From Escherichia coli (GTDB lineage: Bacteria; Pseudomonadota; Gammaproteobacteria; Enterobacterales; Enterobacteriaceae), in assembly GCF_016026235.1 (NCBI RefSeq), contig NZ_CP065613.1: DNA of 64,000 nucleotides. One strand, written 5' to 3'. The stretch's first letter is position 1. Each line of letters begins with the position of its first letter. The notes beneath the pieces are model-generated. The model worked only from the letters and a program-made list of their open reading frames with translations. It did no database searches and was not told the origin of the DNA. The translations under genes were made by a program, and so were the position numbers. Shown piece by piece: positions 54,609 to 64,000 of this stretch.

Positions 54609-56114
54609 ATGGAAACCAAAGATCTGATTGTGATAGGTGGCGGCATCAATGGTGCTGGTATCGCGGCAGACGCCGCTGGACGCGGTTTATCCGTGCTGAT
54701 GCTGGAGGCGCAGGATCTCGCTTGCGCGACCTCTTCCGCCAGTTCAAAACTCATTCACGGTGGCCTGCGCTACCTTGAGCACTATGAATTCCGCCTGGTC
54801 AGCGAGGCGCTGGCTGAACGTGAAGTGCTGCTGAAAATGGCCCCGCATATCGCCTTCCCGATGCGTTTTCGCCTGCCACATCGTCCGCATCTGCGCCCGG
54901 CGTGGATGATTCGCATTGGTCTGTTTATGTACGATCATCTGGGTAAACGCACCAGCCTGCCGGGATCAACTGGTTTGCGTTTTGGCGCAAATTCAGTGTT
55001 AAAACCGGAAATTAAGCGCGGATTCGAATATTCCGACTGTTGGGTAGACGATGCCCGTCTGGTGCTCGCCAACACCCAGATGGTGGTGCGTAAAGGCGGC
55101 GAAGTGCTTACTCGTACTCGTGCTACTTCTGCTCGTCGCGAAAACGGCCTGTGGATTGTGGAAGCGGAAGATATCGATACCGGCAAAAAATATAGCTGGC
55201 AAGCGCGCGGCCTGGTTAACGCCACCGGCCCGTGGGTGAAACAGTTCTTCGACGACGGGATGCATCTGCCTTCGCCTTATGGCATTCGCCTGATCAAAGG
55301 CAGCCATATTGTGGTGCCGCGCGTGCATACCCAGAAGCAAGCCTACATTCTGCAAAACGAAGATAAACGTATTGTGTTCGTGATCCCGTGGATGGACGAG
55401 TTTTCCATCATCGGCACTACCGATGTCGAGTACAAAGGCGATCCGAAAGCGGTGAAGATTGAAGAGAGTGAAATCAATTACCTGCTGAATGTGTATAACA
55501 CGCACTTTAAAAAGCAGTTAAGCCGTGACGATATCGTCTGGACCTACTCCGGTGTGCGTCCGCTGTGTGATGATGAGTCCGACTCGCCGCAGGCTATTAC
55601 CCGTGATTACACCCTTGATATTCATGATGAAAATGGCAAAGCACCGCTGCTGTCGGTATTCGGCGGTAAGCTGACCACCTACCGAAAACTGGCGGAACAT
55701 GCGCTGGAAAAACTAACGCCGTATTATCAGGGTATTGGCCCGGCATGGACGAAAGAGAGCGTGCTACCGGGTGGCGCCATCGAGGGCGACCGCGACGATT
55801 ACGCAGCTCGTCTGCGCCGTCGCTATCCATTCCTGACTGAATCGCTGGCGCGTCATTACGCACGCACTTACGGCAGCAACAGCGAGCTGCTGCTCGGCAA
55901 TGCGGGGGCGATAAGCGACCTCGGGGAGGATTTCGGTCATGAGTTCTACGAAGCGGAACTGAAATACCTGGTGGATCACGAATGGGTCCGCCGCACCGAC
56001 GATGCCCTTTGGCGTCGCACAAAACAAGGCATGTGGCTGAATGCGGATCAACAATCTCGTGTGAGTCAGTGGCTGGTGGAATATACGCAGCAGAAGTTGT
56101 CGCTGGCGTCGTAA
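54609..56114 (+). CDS. glpD: aerobic sn-glycerol-3-phosphate dehydrogenase (FAD)
   Basis: Track ORF trimmed to ATG at 54609 (METKDLIVIGGGINGAGIAADAAGRGL..., 501 aa) with an FAD-binding GxGxxG. Confidence 0.97.
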   Translation: METKDLIVIGGGINGAGIAADAAGRGLSVLMLEAQDLACATSSASSKLIHGGLRYLEHYEFRLVSEALAEREVLLKMAPHIAFPMRFRLPHRPHLRPAWMIRIGLFMYDHLGKRTSLPGSTGLRFGANSVLKPEIKRGFEYSDCWVDDARLVLANTQMVVRKGGEVLTRTRATSARRENGLWIVEAEDIDTGKKYSWQARGLVNATGPWVKQFFDDGMHLPSPYGIRLIKGSHIVVPRVHTQKQAYILQNEDKRIVFVIPWMDEFSIIGTTDVEYKGDPKAVKIEESEINYLLNVYNTHFKKQLSRDDIVWTYSGVRPLCDDESDSPQAITRDYTLDIHDENGKAPLLSVFGGKLTTYRKLAEHALEKLTPYYQGIGPAWTKESVLPGGAIEGDRDDYAARLRRRYPFLTESLARHYARTYGSNSELLLGNAGAISDLGEDFGHEFYEAELKYLVDHEWVRRTDDALWRRTKQGMWLNADQQSRVSQWLVEYTQQKLSLAS

Positions 56115-56121
56115 GGATGAT

Positions 56122-56149
56122 GCCCGGTTGAAGTGCAACCGGGCTATTT
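56122..56149 (+). terminator. Rho-independent terminator after glpD
   Basis: Perfect 9-bp stem GCCCGGTTG / CAACCGGGC with a 5-nt loop, followed by TATTT. Confidence 0.7.
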
Positions 56150-56165
56150 GGATTCCTTAGACTAT

Positions 56166-56771
56166 TCATTGTAAATAATTGAATAACGGCCCCTGAGCTA
56201 AAATCGCCAAACTTAAGCACGTTACCCAATCGCCCCACTTCTTCCTCTGGTTTCTATTTTTTCTGCACCAATGGCAATAATATCCCAATGCAAAACCAAG
56301 CTGTGCACTAATCGGGCCGACAAAATCAGTCCAAGGCTGCGGCCAAAAAGGGGAAAAATTCAGGGGAGGCCAGACAAACGTCAGAAAGAAATTTCGGATA
56401 TTTTCCAGCAACGCTGATTTCTCTGGAGAAATATAAAGAATGAAATTCGAGAGAATTAACCAGAAATAGACCGGCGAAAAGACCAGCCAGCAATGCAGTC
56501 TGTTTTTTAATTCAGGAGGCGTTCTGCGGGAGAATTGCCAACCGATGCCAGCCATTACACTGAAAAAAAGTGCATATTCAACCATTAACTCAAGTTGTAA
56601 TTCCTGAAGAGAAATACGCACAACCAGGAGCGGAAAGGAGAATATTATTTCTGCCAGAAAAGTTAACGTGAATATAAGTACGGCTAAGACAATAACCGTC
56701 GGCCATACCAATAATGGCACGATAACAAAACCGAGAATTACAGGGGGAATATAAAGCCGGAATTTAATCAT
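56166..56771 (-). CDS. hypothetical small polytopic membrane protein (island ORF 4 of 4)
   Basis: 201-aa ORF MIKFRLYIPPVILGFVIVPLLVWPTVIVLAVLIFTL...; about four hydrophobic segments; CHWC motif near the C-terminus; starts 2 nt after the upstream ORF stop; AT-rich codon usage. Confidence 0.6.
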   Translation of the reverse strand: MIKFRLYIPPVILGFVIVPLLVWPTVIVLAVLIFTLTFLAEIIFSFPLLVVRISLQELQLELMVEYALFFSVMAGIGWQFSRRTPPELKNRLHCWLVFSPVYFWLILSNFILYISPEKSALLENIRNFFLTFVWPPLNFSPFWPQPWTDFVGPISAQLGFALGYYCHWCRKNRNQRKKWGDWVTCLSLAILAQGPLFNYLQ

Positions 56772-56773
56772 TT

Positions 56774-57541
56774 TTATTTTCCTGGTGATTCGGATGATGC
56801 GTCATACATCGCGCATAAACACTCATCAATTATCCAGTCATCTTCCCAGACCTGATATTCTGTCATTGGTTCGGGCTGTTTTAGCGGGTTCTCAATCGCT
56901 TGCCGCGCTCTTTCTTTCAGTAAAGGATGATTATTTCTAGCCCAGGCATTGATTTGGGTGGTAATGACGTTATCGATATCGTCCTGGTTATCTCTGATAT
57001 AATCCTCACAATATCTGTTCAATAAACAGGCAAGAGAAACGGTCGACCAAAAGCCGGGAACTGAATTAATGGCATCCAGCAATGGCGCAAGAGCGATATC
57101 GGCACGGAAAAACATTTCCAGCATATACTGTAATTCGACAGCTTCATCGCCGGATACCCAATCAGTCATATACTGGCAGGCAAATCGCTGTAAAATTGCC
57201 CGTTCATCCGCACGCCAGTTTTCTTTGTTGGCAAGGTTGATACGGCGCAGAGAAAAAACTACGTGAATATTGTCAAAATGCCCCTGTGCAACAAATTCCA
57301 GTAAACGCGGCAGAAAATAGCGGACCTCATCGCTATTTTGCGGATCAGGCCCTGGGCTACTATTCCAGGCATTGATTAAGGAATACGGGATCGCTCGTAA
57401 CGATGTACTCCGTAATGCCTTTTGTTCCTGCTGACTCAGGCAATATTCACAACAAACCACAAATTTCTGCGGCACCCGATAACGACGAAAGGTGTGATAA
57501 ATCTGCTCAATTAATGCCTGCATGGCGGGGCTGGGTTGCAT
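56774..57541 (-). CDS. hypothetical soluble protein with cysteine motifs (island ORF 3 of 4)
   Basis: 255-aa ORF MQPSPAMQALIEQIYHTFRRYRVPQKFVVCCEYCLSQQEQ...; N-terminal CC-x2-C and C-terminal ECLC motifs; 2-nt gap to both neighbours; no family recognised. Confidence 0.6.
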   Translation of the reverse strand: MQPSPAMQALIEQIYHTFRRYRVPQKFVVCCEYCLSQQEQKALRSTSLRAIPYSLINAWNSSPGPDPQNSDEVRYFLPRLLEFVAQGHFDNIHVVFSLRRINLANKENWRADERAILQRFACQYMTDWVSGDEAVELQYMLEMFFRADIALAPLLDAINSVPGFWSTVSLACLLNRYCEDYIRDNQDDIDNVITTQINAWARNNHPLLKERARQAIENPLKQPEPMTEYQVWEDDWIIDECLCAMYDASSESPGK

Positions 57542-57543
57542 AG

Positions 57544-58254
57544 TTACCCCCTCGCCCGCTGATCGCGTGTAAACGGTTGATAGACAAAACGAGCATTCGC
57601 CGCGTTCAGGCGAATAAGGGCGCTACGCGAAAGGGAAAAGCTGGGGCGAATGCAACTATTGCAGTCTCGACAGCTTTCCTCTGCGCAATTTTCCACTGAG
57701 TAATGACGCGTGTAGAGTTTCAGTTCGGCCTGCTTATCGCGAAATCCGCGTAAACTGTTATTGTTATGAAATTTCCAGGCATCTTTAAAGACCTGAAAGA
57801 TATAGACATCCTCAATCCAGGAGTCACATTTTTTAAGCGGGCGCTTTGCTATTATCACCCGCTCATCCGGATTTAGCATCGCCGTAAATTGTACGGTGAC
57901 GTCATTTGTCGTGTTCAGGTCACATTGAACATCTGGTACATCACTGATATAGGGGTCAAATCCAAAATCAGCACCACAGGCACAAAGACGGCTAATGGTG
58001 GCGGTATCGAGGGAAAATCCCGGCCATACCTTGCTGGAGGTTAAGCCAATATTTAATGTGACATCATATCGAAGCAATCCCTCAAGACCGTCAGCACCGA
58101 CGAACTTTTCCCCTTCATCCAGGGCCTGGTTAATAAGTTGCTGAACAATGCCTTCATCCCAGTATGCCGATTTGCAGTTGGCAATCGTAATATCCACGCC
58201 TGTGAAGGGATCAGTACCGGCAAGGCTTGCAAATAATGTATTAACTAATTCCAT
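57544..58254 (-). CDS. hypothetical soluble protein with C-terminal C-x4-C-x2-C-x2-C motif (island ORF 2 of 4)
   Basis: 236-aa ORF MELVNTLFASLAGTDPFTGVDITIANCKSAYWDEG... ending ...ENCAEESCRDCNSC...; no family recognised. Confidence 0.6.
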   Translation of the reverse strand: MELVNTLFASLAGTDPFTGVDITIANCKSAYWDEGIVQQLINQALDEGEKFVGADGLEGLLRYDVTLNIGLTSSKVWPGFSLDTATISRLCACGADFGFDPYISDVPDVQCDLNTTNDVTVQFTAMLNPDERVIIAKRPLKKCDSWIEDVYIFQVFKDAWKFHNNNSLRGFRDKQAELKLYTRHYSVENCAEESCRDCNSCIRPSFSLSRSALIRLNAANARFVYQPFTRDQRARG

Positions 58255-58269
58255 TTTTATTATCCAGCT

Positions 58270-59787
58270 TTAAGGTAGCGTCTTATACATCGGGACATAA
58301 CCTACATCTTCCACCAAACTCTGTCCCTGCGGCGTTAAAAACCACTCCAACAATTTTTGTGTCTCTGACGTCGTATTTTCCCGCGTTACCATAAAGGCAT
58401 CGACGATATAGGGATATTTGCCGTTGCGAATGTTTTCGGCAGTCGGTGCAATACCGTTAATCGCTAGCAGTTTTATATTTTTATCGGCGTTCATTTGTGT
58501 TGCGTAATAACGGAAGGTGTAACCTATTGCGTTGTTTGTATTACGGTATTCGGCAACGACTTTAATCATTCCCTCCATCATACTTGCCACTTCTGTTTCC
58601 TGCGGCGAGATCATGCGGACATTTTTCATGACCTGGGATTGCATCACCGTCTGGCTGCCAGAGTCTTCCGGGCGCTGCCAGGTCTGGATCTCCTGATCGT
58701 TACCGCCAACAGTACGCCAGTTGGTAATTGCACCACTGAAAATGTCACGCACCTGTTGTTCAGTCAGGGAATTAACCGGATTATCCGCATTGACGATGAA
58801 AACGAATGCTTCACGGGCAAAGGGGGTGTACAGCAAAGTGACACCAGATTCCTTTGCACGTTTTTTTTGCCCACCGGAAGGTTGCGCCACAAAAATAATA
58901 TCAGCATCGCCCTTAACGATTTTGTTATATGCTTCTGGCGTACGAGAGTTTTCCAGATAATCCCAAACGTGAAAATCCTCTGGTATTACACTTAATGCAT
59001 AAAATGCAGAAGCATAAATTGGGTACGCAGCCGTGGCGCCATCGATTCGCGGCCAGTTTTGCCTAAACTGAATTTGCGGTTTGCCACGCAGTGGCGTCAG
59101 TCGATTATTGAGTTTATCGGGTCGCCAGGCCCAGATATCAATATTTTCGCGTACACCGACACCAGGATTTTGCTGCTTATATAAATGGGCCTGATACCCA
59201 GCGACAATACCAAGTAAGAGAAGTAGAAACAGGAGTAAGTTACGGCAACGTAGTCCGGACGTGCCGGATAAAGGATATCTGGTCGGCCAGGCGTATCCCA
59301 GCGAAAAACTGATATGCGCCCCAACGGGAATAATGACCATCCACCAGTACTCACCACCCACTAATGAGACTAAAAAAACGCCCAACCAGGGAAGCATAAG
59401 GTTTGCCAACCAACCAGCTCCCATCTGGCGAAATTGATAATCTGCCAGATGTAGCGTGATTATCCAGCCAACCAGGGTTAATAGCGCGGGTAAGAGAAAA
59501 AAGCATTGCCGCCAGACGGCTATTTCTCTGTTTTCTGGCGCGCTATCACCGGCCCACACGCGACCAGAGAAAAATATTATTACCGCCCCCAGCGTCAGCA
59601 TAAAGACGTTGAGTAGAAGATAAATTGTTGGCGTGATAAGGATATTACAAACTTCAATAATACCGGTAAGCCCGACACCCAGCATGGCAACAACCGCTGC
59701 CAAAAATTGCGCCAGTATGGGGATGCCGAAAAAAGTCATTATCAGCGAGGTCAAAATCCATTTTCTATTTGGCATCATTCTGTCCAT
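58270..59787 (-). CDS. hypothetical membrane-anchored protein with C-terminal PstS/PBP-like periplasmic domain (island ORF 1 of 4)
   Basis: 505-aa ORF: the N-terminal ~200 aa contains about six hydrophobic helices; the C-terminal region (...ADNPVNSLTEQQVRDIFSGAITNWRTVGGNDQEIQTWQRPEDSGSQ...) resembles the phosphate-binding-protein-like (PstS) fold signature. ATG at 59785-59787 is preceded by AGGAAG. Confidence 0.65.
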   Translation of the reverse strand: MDRMMPNRKWILTSLIMTFFGIPILAQFLAAVVAMLGVGLTGIIEVCNILITPTIYLLLNVFMLTLGAVIIFFSGRVWAGDSAPENREIAVWRQCFFLLPALLTLVGWIITLHLADYQFRQMGAGWLANLMLPWLGVFLVSLVGGEYWWMVIIPVGAHISFSLGYAWPTRYPLSGTSGLRCRNLLLFLLLLLGIVAGYQAHLYKQQNPGVGVRENIDIWAWRPDKLNNRLTPLRGKPQIQFRQNWPRIDGATAAYPIYASAFYALSVIPEDFHVWDYLENSRTPEAYNKIVKGDADIIFVAQPSGGQKKRAKESGVTLLYTPFAREAFVFIVNADNPVNSLTEQQVRDIFSGAITNWRTVGGNDQEIQTWQRPEDSGSQTVMQSQVMKNVRMISPQETEVASMMEGMIKVVAEYRNTNNAIGYTFRYYATQMNADKNIKLLAINGIAPTAENIRNGKYPYIVDAFMVTRENTTSETQKLLEWFLTPQGQSLVEDVGYVPMYKTLP

Positions 59788-59870
59788 TCTTCCTGAATGA
59801 CGGAATTATACTCCCCGAGAACCCTCGCCCCCTCTGGACACTTTTCCGAAATGATGGCGAAAAAAAACGG

Positions 59871-59882
59871 GACCCTTTGGCC
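59871..59882. repeat. left copy of the 12-bp target-site duplication flanking IS4
   Basis: GACCCTTTGGCC, identical to 61309-61320. Confidence 0.9.
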
Positions 59883-61308
59883 TAATGCCAGTCAGTTAAG
59901 CAACTGACTGGCTCTTTTTCGGGGCTGTGGGGTATTTCCAGGGCCTCTCCTTTACCACTCTCGGGAAGGCCCTTCCCCTTCTCGTCGGTAATTTCACAAG
60001 TTGTCCCATACTTGCAAGATCGCGCATCAGCTCCGGTATACGTCCCGGTGAAGCGCCCTGCAATGTCATCAGCATTCTCATCACCATTCCGCATGATTCT
60101 GAGAAACTCAGTTGATTCGGCCAGTAACCTTTCAGATGTTCCGCCATTTTAATCATCTGATATCTCACCAGATTATAAGCCAGTAAGACACCCCACAGCT
60201 CTTGCTCCACAAGCTCCGGCTTTTTACTTCTCAGCGTCAGCCTGCTCAGTTGCATCGTCTGTTTTATCTCCCTGTATCCCAGTTCGATTTCCCAGCGATG
60301 ACTGTACAGATCCGCCATTTCTCCTCCGGGGAAGCGCATGGCGTCCGTCATCGACGTCAGCAGATGGCAGACTTTTCCTTTGCGCGTCACGGTCAGCAGG
60401 CGGGCTGTCACTTCATTTCCCAGTCCCGGCCACTTTTTTCGTGCCTGCGGGCTGGTTTTCAGCTTCACCAGATGATCGCCTTTACCCAGTTTTCTGAGCT
60501 CTTCATATTGCGCTCCCTTTCTGAGAGGTATCATCCAGTGGCGGTGTTCTCCCGCCAGGCTCCAGGCATTTAACAGTCCCAGTGAGTAATAACCTTTATC
60601 CATTAACGTCAGAGTGTTATCGCCGGTTTGTTCTATAAGTTGCTCAGCAAGCTCATTTTCGCTGTTCTTCATCGTGCCGAAGGCTGCAGCCGTCAGCAGA
60701 TGGCTGGTCAGTTCCATCTGGCAGACCATTTTGACCTGCGGGTAGAGCGCCGGGTTCCCGGCATGTGTCTGGCGGGGGAAGGCTGCATCGTTCTCTGGTG
60801 TATCCGGTGTGCGCCAGAACACACCATCGATGGCCAGCAGGGTCAGGCCGCACCAGTGCGGATGCGGCGTGGCGTTATGCCAGAGCTGCGCTGTTTTCGT
60901 GAACACGCGGCGGACAGCCTCACTTCCCAGGCGCTGGCGGGCCTGAATAACGGCACTGGGGGCAACGAAGGGGCGATTGCCCGGCAGCATGATGTCCAGG
61001 CGATTCACAATCTGGTGAAGAGGTTCTTTACGCTCAAGCGCCATGCCAACAATACACCAGACCATCATTTCGAGGGGAAGACGGCGCTTGCGTAGCGTTA
61101 CAGTACCTGATTCGGCAAGGCAACGAGAGATGAGTTCGGGGTCGAGGTAATCCCCCAGAGAAGTCAGTGGGTTACGCAGAGAATCGTAACGGGATACCAG
61201 ATCAAGAGCCTGTCCAATGTGCATAAAAAAATCCGGAAACAAGTGAGCGTTTCCGGATTCTTACACAGCCACTGGATCGGTCAACTGATCCTTAACTGAT
61301 CGGCATTA
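59883..61308 (-). mobile_element. IS4: complete IS4 insertion sequence (1426 bp)
   Basis: Terminal 18-bp imperfect inverted repeats TAATGCCAGTCAGTTAAG (left) and TAATGCCGATCAGTTAAG (right, reverse complement), 16 of 18 matching; one transposase ORF inside; flanked by a perfect 12-bp direct repeat; 1426 bp equals the canonical IS4 length. Confidence 0.95.
59896..61224 (-). CDS. insG: IS4 transposase (DDE)
   Basis: Track ORF 59896..61242 trimmed to [48 protein letters not shown]..., 442 aa, recognised as IS4 transposase InsG. Confidence 0.93.
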   Translation of the reverse strand: MHIGQALDLVSRYDSLRNPLTSLGDYLDPELISRCLAESGTVTLRKRRLPLEMMVWCIVGMALERKEPLHQIVNRLDIMLPGNRPFVAPSAVIQARQRLGSEAVRRVFTKTAQLWHNATPHPHWCGLTLLAIDGVFWRTPDTPENDAAFPRQTHAGNPALYPQVKMVCQMELTSHLLTAAAFGTMKNSENELAEQLIEQTGDNTLTLMDKGYYSLGLLNAWSLAGEHRHWMIPLRKGAQYEELRKLGKGDHLVKLKTSPQARKKWPGLGNEVTARLLTVTRKGKVCHLLTSMTDAMRFPGGEMADLYSHRWEIELGYREIKQTMQLSRLTLRSKKPELVEQELWGVLLAYNLVRYQMIKMAEHLKGYWPNQLSFSESCGMVMRMLMTLQGASPGRIPELMRDLASMGQLVKLPTRRGRAFPRVVKERPWKYPTAPKKSQSVA

Positions 61309-61320
61309 GACCCTTTGGCC
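61309..61320. repeat. right copy of the 12-bp target-site duplication flanking IS4
   Basis: GACCCTTTGGCC, identical to 59871-59882. Confidence 0.9.
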
Positions 61321-61341
61321 CCGTTCTATTTATTGGTGAAA

Positions 61342-63807
<2,466 letters not shown>

Positions 63808-64000
63808 CTATTTCAAGCGATAGTAAAGCTCACGGTACGACTTCGCCGCGACCTGCCAGCTAAAATCCATTGCCATAGCCTGACGTTGCACAAACCGCCA
63901 CAGTGAAGGACGGGACCACAGTACAAAAGCACGTCGAATAGCCCGTAATAGCGACCAGGCATTACTATCTTCAAAGACAAACCCACTGGCGACGCCATCT
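63808..64000 (-). CDS. glgA: glycogen synthase, 3' terminal 64 codons (gene continues beyond the window end)
   Basis: Hand translation of the minus strand ending at the stop at 63808-63810 gives ...[63 protein letters not shown], matching the GlgA C-terminus. The track ORF 63813..63998 is in a different frame. Confidence 0.85.

Noticed and set aside
59882-60094. 70-aa minus-strand ORF inside IS4
   Set aside because: Overlaps the IS4 transposase frame and the terminal inverted repeat; no independent support.
56150-61320. Prophage or integrative island interpretation of the glpD-glgP insert
   Set aside because: No integrase, tRNA, attachment-site repeats or phage structural genes are present. 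The only mobile-element signature is the separate IS4 with its own target duplication.
63813-63998. 61-aa minus-strand ORF at the window end
   Set aside because: Wrong frame; the adjacent frame translates to the recognisable GlgA C-terminus.

Overview
This window is a chromosomal segment of Escherichia coli whose gene content and order match, from memory, the K-12 region around 75-77 min: yhfU-php-yhfWXYZ, trpS-gph-rpe-dam-damX-aroB-aroK, hofQPONM, mrcA, nudE, igaA-yrfG-hslR-hslO, yhgE, pckA, envZ-ompR, greB, tex, feoABC, yhgA/rpnA, bioH, gntX, nfuA, gntT, malQ-malP/malT, rtcBA/rtcR, glpR-glpG-glpE/glpD, glgP and the 3' end of glgA. It is densely coding core genome; I saw no rRNA, tRNA or CRISPR. 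Three things depart from that layout. (1) Between glpD and glgP there is an AT-rich insert (about 56150-59870) carrying a tightly coupled four-gene minus-strand operon of proteins I cannot assign to any characterised family; this is the best candidate for an undescribed system. (2) Directly upstream of that operon sits a complete 1426-bp IS4 with 18-bp imperfect terminal inverted repeats and a perfect 12-bp target-site duplication. (3) Three otherwise full-length genes (yhfW, gntX, glpR) each carry a single in-frame premature stop codon. Gene identities rest on my recognition of the translated sequences and on synteny; no database search was run. Coordinates for CDS come from the supplied ORF track, with starts trimmed where the track extended the ORF to an upstream alternative start.
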